From an uncultured Candidatus Saccharibacteria bacterium (GTDB taxonomy: Bacteria > Patescibacteriota > Minisyncoccia > Phycocordibacterales > UBA9973): a DNA stretch of 64,000 bases. Every line of letters starts with the position of its first letter. Position 1 is the first letter of the stretch. The position numbers and the translations under genes are program-made. The notes under the pieces are model-generated. The model was not told the DNA's origin. It did no database searches and was given only the letters and a program-made list of their open reading frames with translations. The stretch covers positions 47,809 to 111,808 of the forward strand of contig CAZGNC010000003.1 in the NCBI GenBank assembly GCA_964527235.1, read 5' to 3'. This document shows positions 49,296-58,702 of the stretch, piece by piece.

Positions 49296-49766
49296 CTATT
49301 CAACAACTAAAGTACCCTTCATTCCCATAGCTCGGTGAGAACCGACTGAGCAGTAGTATTCGAAGCTTCCAACTTTATCTGCTGTAAATTCTAATACTTC
49401 TGTGGTTGGTGCATTTGTCTGCTTGGTTGCTACTCCGTATTCATCTATAACCCAATCATGAAAACCTTGAGTGTTATTGAAAGTAATTTTAACCTTATCT
49501 CCTTTTTTAACTTTTATTGAAGATGGATTGAAAGCATAGTTAGAACCTGAAACAGTAAATTCTTTCACCTCTTGTGTTGAGCTTGTTTCGGCAGTGGTTT
49601 TAAGAGATACATTAGCATCAACTAAACCAACATCATCATTAGGCTCTAATTCTAGACTCTTAGTATCTACTACTGGGGCTTCAACTTTCTCTTCACCTTG
49701 CATAAAAAACCAACCACCCGCCACAAGTAAAACCAAAACTATTACAAATATAAGTAGATTTTTCAT
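49296..49766 (-). CDS. Cupredoxin (plastocyanin-like) membrane-anchored protein
   Basis: F.P..I.VK.GD.V, HD and YYCSVGSHRAMGM. Confidence 0.88.
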   Translation of the reverse strand: MKNLLIFVIVLVLLVAGGWFFMQGEEKVEAPVVDTKSLELEPNDDVGLVDANVSLKTTAETSSTQEVKEFTVSGSNYAFNPSSIKVKKGDKVKITFNNTQGFHDWVIDEYGVATKQTNAPTTEVLEFTADKVGSFEYYCSVGSHRAMGMKGTLVVE

Positions 49767-49834
49767 ATGATTTATCTTAAAAATTTAACCTAATAAACAC
49801 TGTAGAAATTATACCACAACACAGCACAAACAAC

Positions 49835-51001
49835 CTATTGGTACTGTATATAGCTCGGCTGGGGTCTGAGCTTGAGAAGCTCCTCTGGAGTCATCATAGG
49901 TATACTAGGGTTAACTGTTTTAGTACCAGGACCCCATAGATCATTCTTATAGAACAATTTGAAACCTGTAAATTGCACTGGCTCTTTGTACACGAACTGC
50001 TGATATGTATTCTTCTTCTTAGCGGCTCCTCCCCAACCATCCATATGCATAACTATCTGCACTTCAGGAAGTGGCTTTATCAGCTCTGAATTAGTGAGCA
50101 TCTTTTGGGTATAGCGATGAACTACGAGAATCTTCGGTGTTAAATTATTTTCTTTAACAATTTTCGCCAAGTATTCTGCCGCGAAGTTCACGTCTGATGC
50201 ATCATAAGTACCGACAACTTTCCCAGGACGAATACCAGTCTTCATTGAAAATTCTGGGTCCATACCAAAATGCACGTTTGGTAATTTTAAATATTTCTCA
50301 AGTAGTGGTAGCTCAGCTTGAATAGTAGAGAAGCCCACCTGCACATCTAAAAAGACAAGTGCATTATGCCTCTCGGCCATCGCGATAACTTTATTTATTT
50401 CACTCTCAGGCATGCGTGCACGATACTTGCCGTCAGCACCAGCGCTTCCCTGCGCCACTACTGCTATGTAGTGTAATGCCGGTATCGCAGGAGTCTTAGG
50501 GTCTGCGGTGTTCCATTTCAGAACTTCAGCATCAAGCCTTCGCAACATTTCGTCTTCTTCATACTCTCCAAGAACACCCATTTTCTTAGAGTATAAATTC
50601 CCGTAGTAAGCAATAATTCTATTGAAGGGCAGAAGCGCTCCAGCATTGGGATAGACTTGTTTTACTGGCCAGAGGTTAGGTGGTAGGGGCTTAGGCTCTA
50701 CAGTCACTGTGGTTTCTACTCCTGTCTGCGGGTCTTTAACTACCTTTGTTACTGGTGGTGGCGGAGGTGGATTGTTTGCCATCTCGAGCATTTTCTTGTC
50801 ATAAGCAACTTTATCTAGCGGAGGAATAGTTTTCTTCTCAGGCTCTATTATTTTCTTCACTACTTCCTTACCCTGCTCGTAGGTAACCTTGCCAATCCCG
50901 AACATACTAGTGAAAAAGAAAAAGAATACGAAAAAAATAAAAAACCAAAAATGCGGAGTTCTGATAACCTGTTTAAATTCTTGGTGTATATGTTTAGGCA
51001 T
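49835..51001 (-). CDS. Membrane-anchored conserved hypothetical protein
   Basis: TM, Pro linker, IAYYG, DPEF, DGWG and GFKLFY motifs. Confidence 0.65.
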   Translation of the reverse strand: MPKHIHQEFKQVIRTPHFWFFIFFVFFFFFTSMFGIGKVTYEQGKEVVKKIIEPEKKTIPPLDKVAYDKKMLEMANNPPPPPPVTKVVKDPQTGVETTVTVEPKPLPPNLWPVKQVYPNAGALLPFNRIIAYYGNLYSKKMGVLGEYEEDEMLRRLDAEVLKWNTADPKTPAIPALHYIAVVAQGSAGADGKYRARMPESEINKVIAMAERHNALVFLDVQVGFSTIQAELPLLEKYLKLPNVHFGMDPEFSMKTGIRPGKVVGTYDASDVNFAAEYLAKIVKENNLTPKILVVHRYTQKMLTNSELIKPLPEVQIVMHMDGWGGAAKKKNTYQQFVYKEPVQFTGFKLFYKNDLWGPGTKTVNPSIPMMTPEELLKLRPQPSYIQYQ

Positions 51002-51077
51002 TTTATGATTTTGCTTCTGGATAAGTATAGAGATAAAACCCTCGAAGCGCAATCAAGATCTTCGGGTAAAAAAATAT

Positions 51078-52406
51078 TTACATTTTTAGCACCTCGCTTG
51101 CTGAGATACCTTTAGGATAAATGACTAAATCATCTTTATGCTTTTCGAAATAATTCTGCACCACATCTAGAATTCGCCAAGTCTCTATCACCTCCTCACT
51201 TGAAGTAAATAAATTGTGATCCCCTCTAATAGCGTTGAAAAGCACCTGCTCATACGCCTCAGGTAAATTCTCATAATATTCTTTAAAGTGGAAATGCAGT
51301 TTATGCTTGCTGACTTGGTGCTCGAGCCCAGGCTTCTTCGCCCACATGCTGAACTCTATCCCGGCATCAGGCTGGATACGAAGAAGTAGTTCGTTGGATT
51401 CGTTTTCTTGGTCTTTTTTATAACAAATCCTGATAGCAGTAAGTCGCTCGTCGAGAGCCTTACCTGTAGAGAGCGTTATCGGCACACCCACCCATCTCGG
51501 GTCACTAGAAGAAACTTTCAAAGAAATAAAAGTCTCTACCATGCTTCTCGGATTATCGACTTCTTCTCGGTAGCCTTCGTACTGCCCACGAGTGATGCAT
51601 TCTTTATTATTTAAATCACAAACTATCTGCATCTGACTCAATGCTCGAGCGCGAAGCTTGGGTACTTCATTTAAGTCCTCTGTGAGCTCCATCAGCGTCA
51701 GCGCTGCGAGCTGAAGCAGGTGGCTCTGCACCACGTCACGCAGAGCTCCTGTCTGCTCATAGAAATTCCCCCGACCTTCGACGCCGACTTTCTCGCTTGC
51801 GATGATTTCGATGCTTTCGATAAAATCTTTATTCCAAGTTTTCTTGAACAATGAATTACCAGCACGAAACACTATGATGTTCTGCGCTATCTCTTTAGCC
51901 ATGTAGTGATCTACTCGATACACCTGATCTCCCGAAAAGTACTGGTCTACATGTCTTGCGAGATCTACCGCACTTCCTAGATTCGTACCGAATGGTTTCT
52001 CGAGGAGAAGCTTGGTGTTGGGCACTTTCGATAGGTTTGATTTCCCGAGGAATCCTACTATTGATTTCGCCACCAAGGGTGGAGTAGAAAGATAGAACAC
52101 TCTATCTCCCGGTGCACCAAACTTGCCTTCTAACTCCTCTAGATACTTGCCGAGCTTTTCATATGCTTGGGAATCTTCTACGTCCATCGAATAGAGATGC
52201 ATCTTTTCTGTTAGATATTTCTTGTTGTTAGTTTTGCCGAGCAAGCTATCAATCTCAATGCCAGACTGACGAGTGATGCCAACTATTTCGAAATGCTCTG
52301 GCAACATGCCGGCCTGTGCTATCTCACCTATCGCAGGCAAAAGATAGCGCTTGCTTAGGTCGCCTGAGACTCCGAAGATTATAAGTATTGCTGGTTGTGT
52401 GTTCAT
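51078..52406 (-). CDS. zwf: Glucose-6-phosphate dehydrogenase
   Basis: GVSGDLS, EKPFG, RVDHYMAKE and RDVVQSHLLQ. Confidence 0.95.
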   Translation of the reverse strand: MNTQPAILIIFGVSGDLSKRYLLPAIGEIAQAGMLPEHFEIVGITRQSGIEIDSLLGKTNNKKYLTEKMHLYSMDVEDSQAYEKLGKYLEELEGKFGAPGDRVFYLSTPPLVAKSIVGFLGKSNLSKVPNTKLLLEKPFGTNLGSAVDLARHVDQYFSGDQVYRVDHYMAKEIAQNIIVFRAGNSLFKKTWNKDFIESIEIIASEKVGVEGRGNFYEQTGALRDVVQSHLLQLAALTLMELTEDLNEVPKLRARALSQMQIVCDLNNKECITRGQYEGYREEVDNPRSMVETFISLKVSSSDPRWVGVPITLSTGKALDERLTAIRICYKKDQENESNELLLRIQPDAGIEFSMWAKKPGLEHQVSKHKLHFHFKEYYENLPEAYEQVLFNAIRGDHNLFTSSEEVIETWRILDVVQNYFEKHKDDLVIYPKGISASEVLKM

Positions 52407-52410
52407 GAAA

Positions 52411-53313
52411 TTATTTATTTATTTTATGTCCGCCAAATGCGTTACGCATCGCTGCAAGAAGCTTGGTCGCGAAATTCGTTTTACCTTTTTGTGATTCTAT
52501 ACGCACATCAAATGCCGACTGCATGGCTGGAGTTTCTATATTGAACTCTTTCGCAACTTCGAGCGCCCAGCGAGCCTCGCCCGACTCTGCGACGAAACCA
52601 TCGATACCTTCGAGTTCGGGATTGTCTTTCAATGCATCGCGAGTAAGCTCGTTGAGCCAAGAAGTCACCACGCTGTGATGTTGCCAGACATCGCCGGCTT
52701 TGTATAAATCTATATTCTTGTATGGACCTTCTTTGAGAAGTCTGTAACCTTCAGCCAGAGACTCCATCATGCCGTACTCGATGGCATTGTGTGTCATCTT
52801 TACGAAGTGGCCTGCGCCACTCTCCCCAAAGTGATGATATGCGCCTTCTGGGAGAGACAATGTTTGGAAAACTTTTTCTACTTTTTGGAAAGACGCTTGG
52901 TCCCCGCCTATCATCATCGCGAAACCATTCTGATATCCCCAGACACCGCCACTAGTACCGACGTCTAGATAATTCACTCCTTTAGCTTTTGCCTTTTTCT
53001 CTCGCTCTTGGGTCAAACGAAAATCAGAATTACCACCATCAATTATGATACCGCCTGGTGGCACCAAGCCAAGCCAGAGATCAAGCTCTGTATCCATACT
53101 CTCAGCAGGTAGCATGAGCCATAGAACAACGGGGTCGCCGTTGAATGCAGATATTACTTCTTCTTTAGTATAAGCGCCTTGTGCACCTAAAGCCGTAACC
53201 GCATCTGTCGTTTCTTTCGTGCGACTATGCGCGATAACTTCAAAGCCCCCTTCTTGAAGCTTCTGTGCTATCTGCTTGCCCATCTTACCTAACCCTACAA
53301 CTGCTATTTTCAT
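52411..53313 (-). CDS. gnd: 6-phosphogluconate dehydrogenase (short form)
   Basis: GLGKMG, IDGGNS, GTSGG, KMTHNAIEYG and MRNAFGGH. Confidence 0.95.
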   Translation of the reverse strand: MKIAVVGLGKMGKQIAQKLQEGGFEVIAHSRTKETTDAVTALGAQGAYTKEEVISAFNGDPVVLWLMLPAESMDTELDLWLGLVPPGGIIIDGGNSDFRLTQEREKKAKAKGVNYLDVGTSGGVWGYQNGFAMMIGGDQASFQKVEKVFQTLSLPEGAYHHFGESGAGHFVKMTHNAIEYGMMESLAEGYRLLKEGPYKNIDLYKAGDVWQHHSVVTSWLNELTRDALKDNPELEGIDGFVAESGEARWALEVAKEFNIETPAMQSAFDVRIESQKGKTNFATKLLAAMRNAFGGHKINK

Positions 53314-53315
53314 AA

Positions 53316-53978
53316 TTATTTATTGTGATCACTAAAAATTGTTAATACTGGGACCTTCTTCAACACTTGCGCGGGCTGTATGCTGATGCTCTCTTCATTT
53401 TGCAAGCTCTCTATCACAGGCCACTTATCTTCACCAAATGCGAACACAACTGCTTCATCTAACTTCTCTATAGCTTTCGGCGTCATGGTGATGCGTTCGA
53501 ACTTCTCGCTCTTGTAGTAACACGCGTAGTCAGTAGAATCTACCGCAATACTTCCCGGCAATATCCCCGCAGTATGACCATCAGTACCAACACCGAACAA
53601 CCCTAGCTTGTAAGAATCTTTCGCAAACTCTGTCTCAAGTATAGTATTAAATTTTTGCACTGTCATTGCCTCATTCTCACCGGCGAGCACGGGAACAAGA
53701 TTGGCCCCAGGAAGCGAAAAATCTTTCCCTACAAGCTGTTGCCAGTTTGAATCTGAGTGCCCAAATTCACCGTACCTTTCGTCAGTTAGGGTGACTGTTA
53801 AATTTTCTAGATCTTTCCCTTGTAGAAGCTCGGCTACTCGCACCCCAACTAAAATCGAAGAACCTCCAGCTAGGAAAAGAAGTACAGGCTTACCAGCACT
53901 CAGATTGCTAGTTATAGAATGAGCAACGAATGTCGCCGTGTCTTCAATGCTCGAGCCAGTACGTATATCTAAATTCAT
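53316..53978 (-). CDS. pgl: 6-phosphogluconolactonase
   Basis: LAGGSS, DER, GVGTDGHTAG and RITMT; operon with gnd and zwf. Confidence 0.85.
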   Translation of the reverse strand: MNLDIRTGSSIEDTATFVAHSITSNLSAGKPVLLFLAGGSSILVGVRVAELLQGKDLENLTVTLTDERYGEFGHSDSNWQQLVGKDFSLPGANLVPVLAGENEAMTVQKFNTILETEFAKDSYKLGLFGVGTDGHTAGILPGSIAVDSTDYACYYKSEKFERITMTPKAIEKLDEAVVFAFGEDKWPVIESLQNEESISIQPAQVLKKVPVLTIFSDHNK

Positions 53979-54018
53979 AAAGGAATTCTAACACGGAAAG
54001 TGTTTTTAAATATTGATA

Positions 54019-54046
54019 TTGAAATTTTAGAGAAAATATGTATAAT
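54019..54046 (+). promoter_or_regulatory. Promoter of GC-rich cassette
   Basis: TTGAAA-16-TATAAT. Confidence 0.6.
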
Positions 54047-54092
54047 AATAATTAGCCACAGTTCCCCAACCCGCACATCGGAGGACGCGTTC

Positions 54093-54362
54093 ATGAAGGT
54101 CGCATTCCAAACAAACCGCGGAGTCAAGGCTGGAGATAGAGTCCAGGTCATTGACGCAGGAAAAGTCGTTGATACTGGAAGAGTCCTCGGTGTCGACCAA
54201 GCAAAACTCAGACTACAGAGCGACACAGGATCGACAACCGAGTTCGGCTGGTTCCAAACCCTCGGCAAGTGGAAGATGTTATTCGAGGACGAGGAGAAGG
54301 GTCAGTGGTTCGACCCCGATGCTTTCAACTACGACATCGTGCCTGAAACCACGGCCGTCTGA
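54093..54362 (+). CDS. 89-aa GC-rich orphan, SH3/KOW-like beta pattern (SD-led cassette)
   Basis: GGAGG at 54080-84; VKAGDRVQVI...GRVLGVD; hairpin at 54384-54416. Confidence 0.7.
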   Translation: MKVAFQTNRGVKAGDRVQVIDAGKVVDTGRVLGVDQAKLRLQSDTGSTTEFGWFQTLGKWKMLFEDEEKGQWFDPDAFNYDIVPETTAV

Positions 54363-54423
54363 TCAAGACGTCGCATCGCCCCAGAGCCCCCGCCGGCACC
54401 AGCCAGCGGGGGCTCGAATTCTT

Positions 54424-54819
54424 TTATTTCAAATTTTTATTATATCTTTCGATACAATCATTCAGCATACCCAACTGCTCTTCACTCAGATCTCCTGTCG
54501 CGTGAGCTTCTACTATTTTATGAATAGTTAAATCTCTGTTGAAACTAACATCTAATTTAAATCCCTGCCCCGCTTGAACCAAAGAATCTGGGACATCACC
54601 AATATTACCCCATCCTATAATTTTCCCCGTGCTATCCATATAGCCCTTGGCTGTAGCACAAATATAAATACCTCCTGATTCGGTTTGGGCATGACCGGCA
54701 TTCCCGCCCATGGATTCTTTCAACAACAACTCTTGCATCTCCCCAGCCATCATTTGTAAATTATGAGCAACCAGAGCATCCTTGTTCCCTCTTTCTAAAC
54801 TTCTTGATCCTTCATGCAT
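54424..54819 (-). CDS. Hypothetical protein
   Basis: TATAAT 6 nt before the ATG at 54819. Confidence 0.6.
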   Translation of the reverse strand: MHEGSRSLERGNKDALVAHNLQMMAGEMQELLLKESMGGNAGHAQTESGGIYICATAKGYMDSTGKIIGWGNIGDVPDSLVQAGQGFKLDVSFNRDLTIHKIVEAHATGDLSEEQLGMLNDCIERYNKNLK

Positions 54820-54905
54820 ATGATCATTATAGCAAGAAATCAGAATCATTTACTTAGCTATACAAAAGTGGTAATTTTATAAACGAACCCGTTCCCGGAG
54901 GAGTT

Positions 54906-55058
54906 ATGGCTGCGAAGAAGAAGACCGTGCCTTACTGGCGCCGTCTGCAACTGAGGCGTCAGGCGGAATTGACCAGAAAGAAGGCCAAGGCCAAGCCGAA
55001 GAAACGTAAACCACAGCGCCGACTCGTCGCCGTGATCTACGTGTACGAGTACCGCTGA
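54906..55058 (+). CDS. 50-aa highly basic peptide (SD-led cassette; not in ORF track)
   Basis: GGAGGAG before ATG; MAAKKKTVPYWRRLQLRRQAELTRKKAKAKPKKRKPQRRLVAVIYVYEYR*; hairpin at 55081-55114. Confidence 0.7.
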   Translation: MAAKKKTVPYWRRLQLRRQAELTRKKAKAKPKKRKPQRRLVAVIYVYEYR

Positions 55059-55243
55059 ACACCGCGGTATTCGATGAGGGAAGAGGGGGCGCTCCGCGTC
55101 CCCTCTCTTTGTTTGATTTAAAGAGAAATTTGTATTATTGTAATGAGACCATGGTTAACTAGTCTAATGGTGGGAATGAAAATTAATCTGCTTTAATTTT
55201 CATCCGGTTCTGTAAGAAATTGCTGTTATTTTGTAAGCAAAGC

Positions 55244-55314
55244 TGGGAGATCGTCTAATGGTAGGACATATCCCTCTGGAGGATATTATCTTGGTTCGAG
55301 TCCAAGTCTCCCAG
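55244..55314 (+). tRNA. tRNA-Gln(CTG), CCA not encoded
   Basis: TGGGAGA/TCTCCCA acceptor stem; TATCC-CTCTGGA-GGATA; CTTGG-TTCGAGT-CCAAG. Confidence 0.93.
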
Positions 55315-55347
55315 CTTTGGCTATAAAATTAGCAATAGGAGAAGGAA

Positions 55348-55376
55348 TCTGGAGGATGAACTCCAAGTCTCCCAGC
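55348..55376 (+). repeat. Partial duplicate of the tRNA-Gln 3' end (att-like)
   Basis: TCCAAGTCTCCCAGC at 55301-15 and 55362-76; TCTGGAGGAT also repeated. Confidence 0.75.
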
Positions 55377-55414
55377 AGTTTAGTAAAGTATTGAAGGACC
55401 TAGAGAGGTTATAT

Positions 55415-57232
55415 ATGAAATTTAAATCATTCAAAATTAAAAATTATAAATCAATAGTTGATACTGGAGAAGTTATTCTTTCAGGTCACGACAACATTAC
55501 TGTTTTTGCCGGCCAAAATGAATCCGGGAAAAGCTCTGTTTTAGAAGCTTTGAATTCATTTGAAACTGGTAAATTTGATGCAGATTCGAAGCCTTTTACT
55601 ACCAAAGGCACACTTGTTCAAAGTGTGAGTTGCACATTTGAAGTTGATGATAATAAATTATTACTTGAGCAACTGACTCAAGGAATGAGAGACGAGTATG
55701 AGCCTGAGATTGGTGAAGACGATCCTATCTTTGATGATAAAAAGATAAAAAATATAAAAGAGTTTACTCTAACTCGCACATATCCAAACTCCACGGGCAA
55801 ATCTCAACTCGATATAACGCCTGATGTTTTTGAAATTGTTAAGGCAGCTATTCTCGATCGAGAAGTTGAAGAAGAGGCAACAAGAGAAGACGGAACCATT
55901 GAAAAAAAGATTGCCAAAGAAAAGATTATAGATATTGGTGATGATAATTCCAACATGGCGTCTATTTTTTGGAATAATGTTGCCCCAAAGATAATACTTT
56001 TTAATGATTTTTGTGACTTGCTTCCTGATAGGATAACTCTTGCTGATCTTAAAGCAAAAAAGACTGATGTAAAAGGATATCAAGCAGTGAAGAATCTCGA
56101 AAAAATACTCAAACTTAATTTTGTTGATCTTTATGAAAAAGATGACCTAGAACGTGAGGCAATAAGAGATGAACATAATAATACGTTCTCAGTAGATTTC
56201 CAGCAAGCATGGGGACAAAAAATTCACAACGATAATAAAATCGAGGTTAAATATGATTTTGAAAAGAGAGATACCGATGATACCTCTTATGTTAACTTTT
56301 ATACCGAAACTAAAGATCGCCAGAAACTAAAACCTCATCAGAGAAGTAAGGGTTTAATCTGGTTTCTTTCATTTTGGATAGAGTTAAATGCTCAAAATTC
56401 AAGTGACCAACAGCTTGTTCTTTTAGCAGATGAACCCGGATTGTATTTACATGTAAAGGCACAAGCAGACATTCTAAAACTCTTTAAGAAATTGTCCGGA
56501 GAGGGGCATCAAATCTTATATACAACACATTCTCCTAATCTCATTGAGTCAGAAAAACTTAATCGAATTAAACTTGTACTTAATGACCCTAAGGAAGGAA
56601 CAATTCTTGAATCAGTTACAACTTCAAAAATTGATTCTCAGAATAAACAAGACGCTCTTCAACCGGTTGCAAATGCGATTGGATTTTCGATTAGCGATTT
56701 TGCTCTCTCAAGTCCTAAAAATGTAATACTTGAGGGCGTATCTGATTATTTTTACTACCTAGGAATGAGAAAAATACTTGGAAGAAAAGAAGGTTATTCC
56801 TTCGTTCCTGGTATTGGAGTAAGGAAGCAAAATACCCTTGTTTCGTTCTGTGTTGGATATGGGATCGACTGGGTAGCTGTATTTGATGATGATTCGACAA
56901 GAGGACAGGATTCTCAAAAAACCTTCACTGATATAAAGGAAAATTTATTTAATGGTGATGATGTTACGGCCAAACTAAAAATGTATACAACGACGGGTAT
57001 CTCAAGTGTTGAGAATATGTTTACTGTTAATGACATGAAATTAGTTGACGATAAGCTTGCAGTAAAAGCGGATTCCGCAAAATCAGTTGGCGATAAACGA
57101 AAAGTTGTATTCGCTAAATCTTTCTATGAAAAAGTTGAGGGCAACCAAATTACTAAGAAGAAATTAGATGCGGCGACCGTGGCTAATTTTAATAAAGTAT
57201 TTGACTGGATTGAAACAAGTTTAAATTTATAA
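55415..57232 (+). CDS. OLD-family ATP-dependent endonuclease (ABC ATPase plus TOPRIM), defence-associated
   Basis: IKNYKSI, GQNESGKSS, SKG, LADEPGLYLH, TTHSP, ILEG.SD and DDD; AT-rich. Confidence 0.85.
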   Translation: MKFKSFKIKNYKSIVDTGEVILSGHDNITVFAGQNESGKSSVLEALNSFETGKFDADSKPFTTKGTLVQSVSCTFEVDDNKLLLEQLTQGMRDEYEPEIGEDDPIFDDKKIKNIKEFTLTRTYPNSTGKSQLDITPDVFEIVKAAILDREVEEEATREDGTIEKKIAKEKIIDIGDDNSNMASIFWNNVAPKIILFNDFCDLLPDRITLADLKAKKTDVKGYQAVKNLEKILKLNFVDLYEKDDLEREAIRDEHNNTFSVDFQQAWGQKIHNDNKIEVKYDFEKRDTDDTSYVNFYTETKDRQKLKPHQRSKGLIWFLSFWIELNAQNSSDQQLVLLADEPGLYLHVKAQADILKLFKKLSGEGHQILYTTHSPNLIESEKLNRIKLVLNDPKEGTILESVTTSKIDSQNKQDALQPVANAIGFSISDFALSSPKNVILEGVSDYFYYLGMRKILGRKEGYSFVPGIGVRKQNTLVSFCVGYGIDWVAVFDDDSTRGQDSQKTFTDIKENLFNGDDVTAKLKMYTTTGISSVENMFTVNDMKLVDDKLAVKADSAKSVGDKRKVVFAKSFYEKVEGNQITKKKLDAATVANFNKVFDWIETSLNL

Positions 57233-57419
57233 TTAATTTTCAGATAGAGACTACTTTTTCTTCTATATATCCTTCCTTGCAATTGATATCTCTTGCTCTA
57301 GTACATCCATAAACAAATATATTTGTACGGATCCATCTTTAAGATTTTTATATTTTTCTTCGGCCGTGACTCCTGATCCCCCTTTTCACCTCCCCAAACT
57401 ATTATGATACTATTAAACC

Positions 57420-57896
57420 ATGACCCACAAAAATACAATTTGTCTCTGGTTTGATAAGGACGCCGAAAGTGCAGCGAACTTTTATGCTGCGACTTTTCCT
57501 GATAGTAAAGTAAATAATGTTTTTCGTGCACCTAGTGATTTCCCAGGTGGCAAGAAGGGCGATGCGCTCACGGTATTATTCACAGTCTGTGGTATTCCCT
57601 GCATGGGGCTTAACGGTGGGCCTACATTTAAGCAAAGTGAAGCATTTTCTTTTCAGATAGAAACAGAAGACCAAGAAGAAACAGACCGCTACTGGAACGC
57701 AATAGTTGGCAACGGTGGCCAAGAAAGCGAGTGTGGCTGGTGCAAGGACAAGTGGGGCCTCTCATGGCAGATCACTCCTCGTGCACTAACTGAGGCCCTA
57801 GCCGCTGGCGGAGAAGAATCTAAGCGCGCATTTGACGCAATGATGACGATGAAGAAGATAGACGTCGCTGCTATAGAAGCCGCCCGCCGAGGATAA
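57420..57896 (+). CDS. VOC/PhnB-like (3-demethylubiquinone-9 3-MTase family) protein
   Basis: CLWFD..AE.AA.FY, LNGGP.F and CGWCKDKWGLSWQI. Confidence 0.9.
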   Translation: MTHKNTICLWFDKDAESAANFYAATFPDSKVNNVFRAPSDFPGGKKGDALTVLFTVCGIPCMGLNGGPTFKQSEAFSFQIETEDQEETDRYWNAIVGNGGQESECGWCKDKWGLSWQITPRALTEALAAGGEESKRAFDAMMTMKKIDVAAIEAARRG

Positions 57897-57975
57897 TTTG
57901 TAATACTTTTCGTTGACATTTCGTGTAAAAAATGTTATTAAAATAAACAGAATCTAACCCTTGCCGGAGGTTCCC

Positions 57976-58548
57976 GTGCGTGACTCTTTAGCAGTACTCG
58001 CAGGTGTCCTCGGAGTTATGGGGTTCGTTGTTTACATAGCGTCTATGTTTCGGCGCGTGAACCCCACTCGCCCATCGAGGTCGAGCTGGACAACCTGGGC
58101 CATCTTGAACTTAGAGATCCTGGCGGGTATGCTCAAGTCAGGAACAGCGACTTTACAGATGGCAGGAATAACTCTAGGGTCTCTGTTCGCTGCGGTATTT
58201 TCTTTGCTCTACGGCAAGAAATCCGCATGGAGCCCTCTTGAGAAATTCGTCATGCTAGGCTGCGTCCTGGGGCTGTGCTTCATGATTTACAACCCGACAT
58301 GGGGCATCGCCGTTAGTGTACTCGTCGGTCCAGTCTGCGGTTGTGTGCCAGGGCTTGTAGAGGCCTGGAAAAATCCGAACAAGGAGAACAAGCTCTCTTG
58401 GGCAACTTGGGCAACATCATCGCTAATCAGCGTGATACTGTTGCCCAGTTGGAGCATCGAGAATGCAGCACAACCGGTCAGCTTCTTGGCTAACCAAGTG
58501 GCAATGCTGGTCGTGATATTTACCAGCCCGCACCGGAGACAGCAGTAA
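57976..58548 (+). CDS. Multi-TM membrane protein, GC-rich (SD-led cassette)
   Basis: AACCCTTGCCGGAGG, then GTG 5 nt later; TTGACA at 57913; hairpin at 58569-58625. Confidence 0.7.
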   Translation: MRDSLAVLAGVLGVMGFVVYIASMFRRVNPTRPSRSSWTTWAILNLEILAGMLKSGTATLQMAGITLGSLFAAVFSLLYGKKSAWSPLEKFVMLGCVLGLCFMIYNPTWGIAVSVLVGPVCGCVPGLVEAWKNPNKENKLSWATWATSSLISVILLPSWSIENAAQPVSFLANQVAMLVVIFTSPHRRQQ

Positions 58549-58702
58549 CCACATAGCCTGACAAACCACATCGCCTGACAAAAGGGATCGCCAGATGCCT
58601 ACTTGTGTCAGGCGATTTCTTTTTGACTTCTTTATAATCCAAGCTTTATGCTACTTTTTCTAAAAGTGATATTATTACAAATAAGTAAAAGATGATATTT
58701 AA

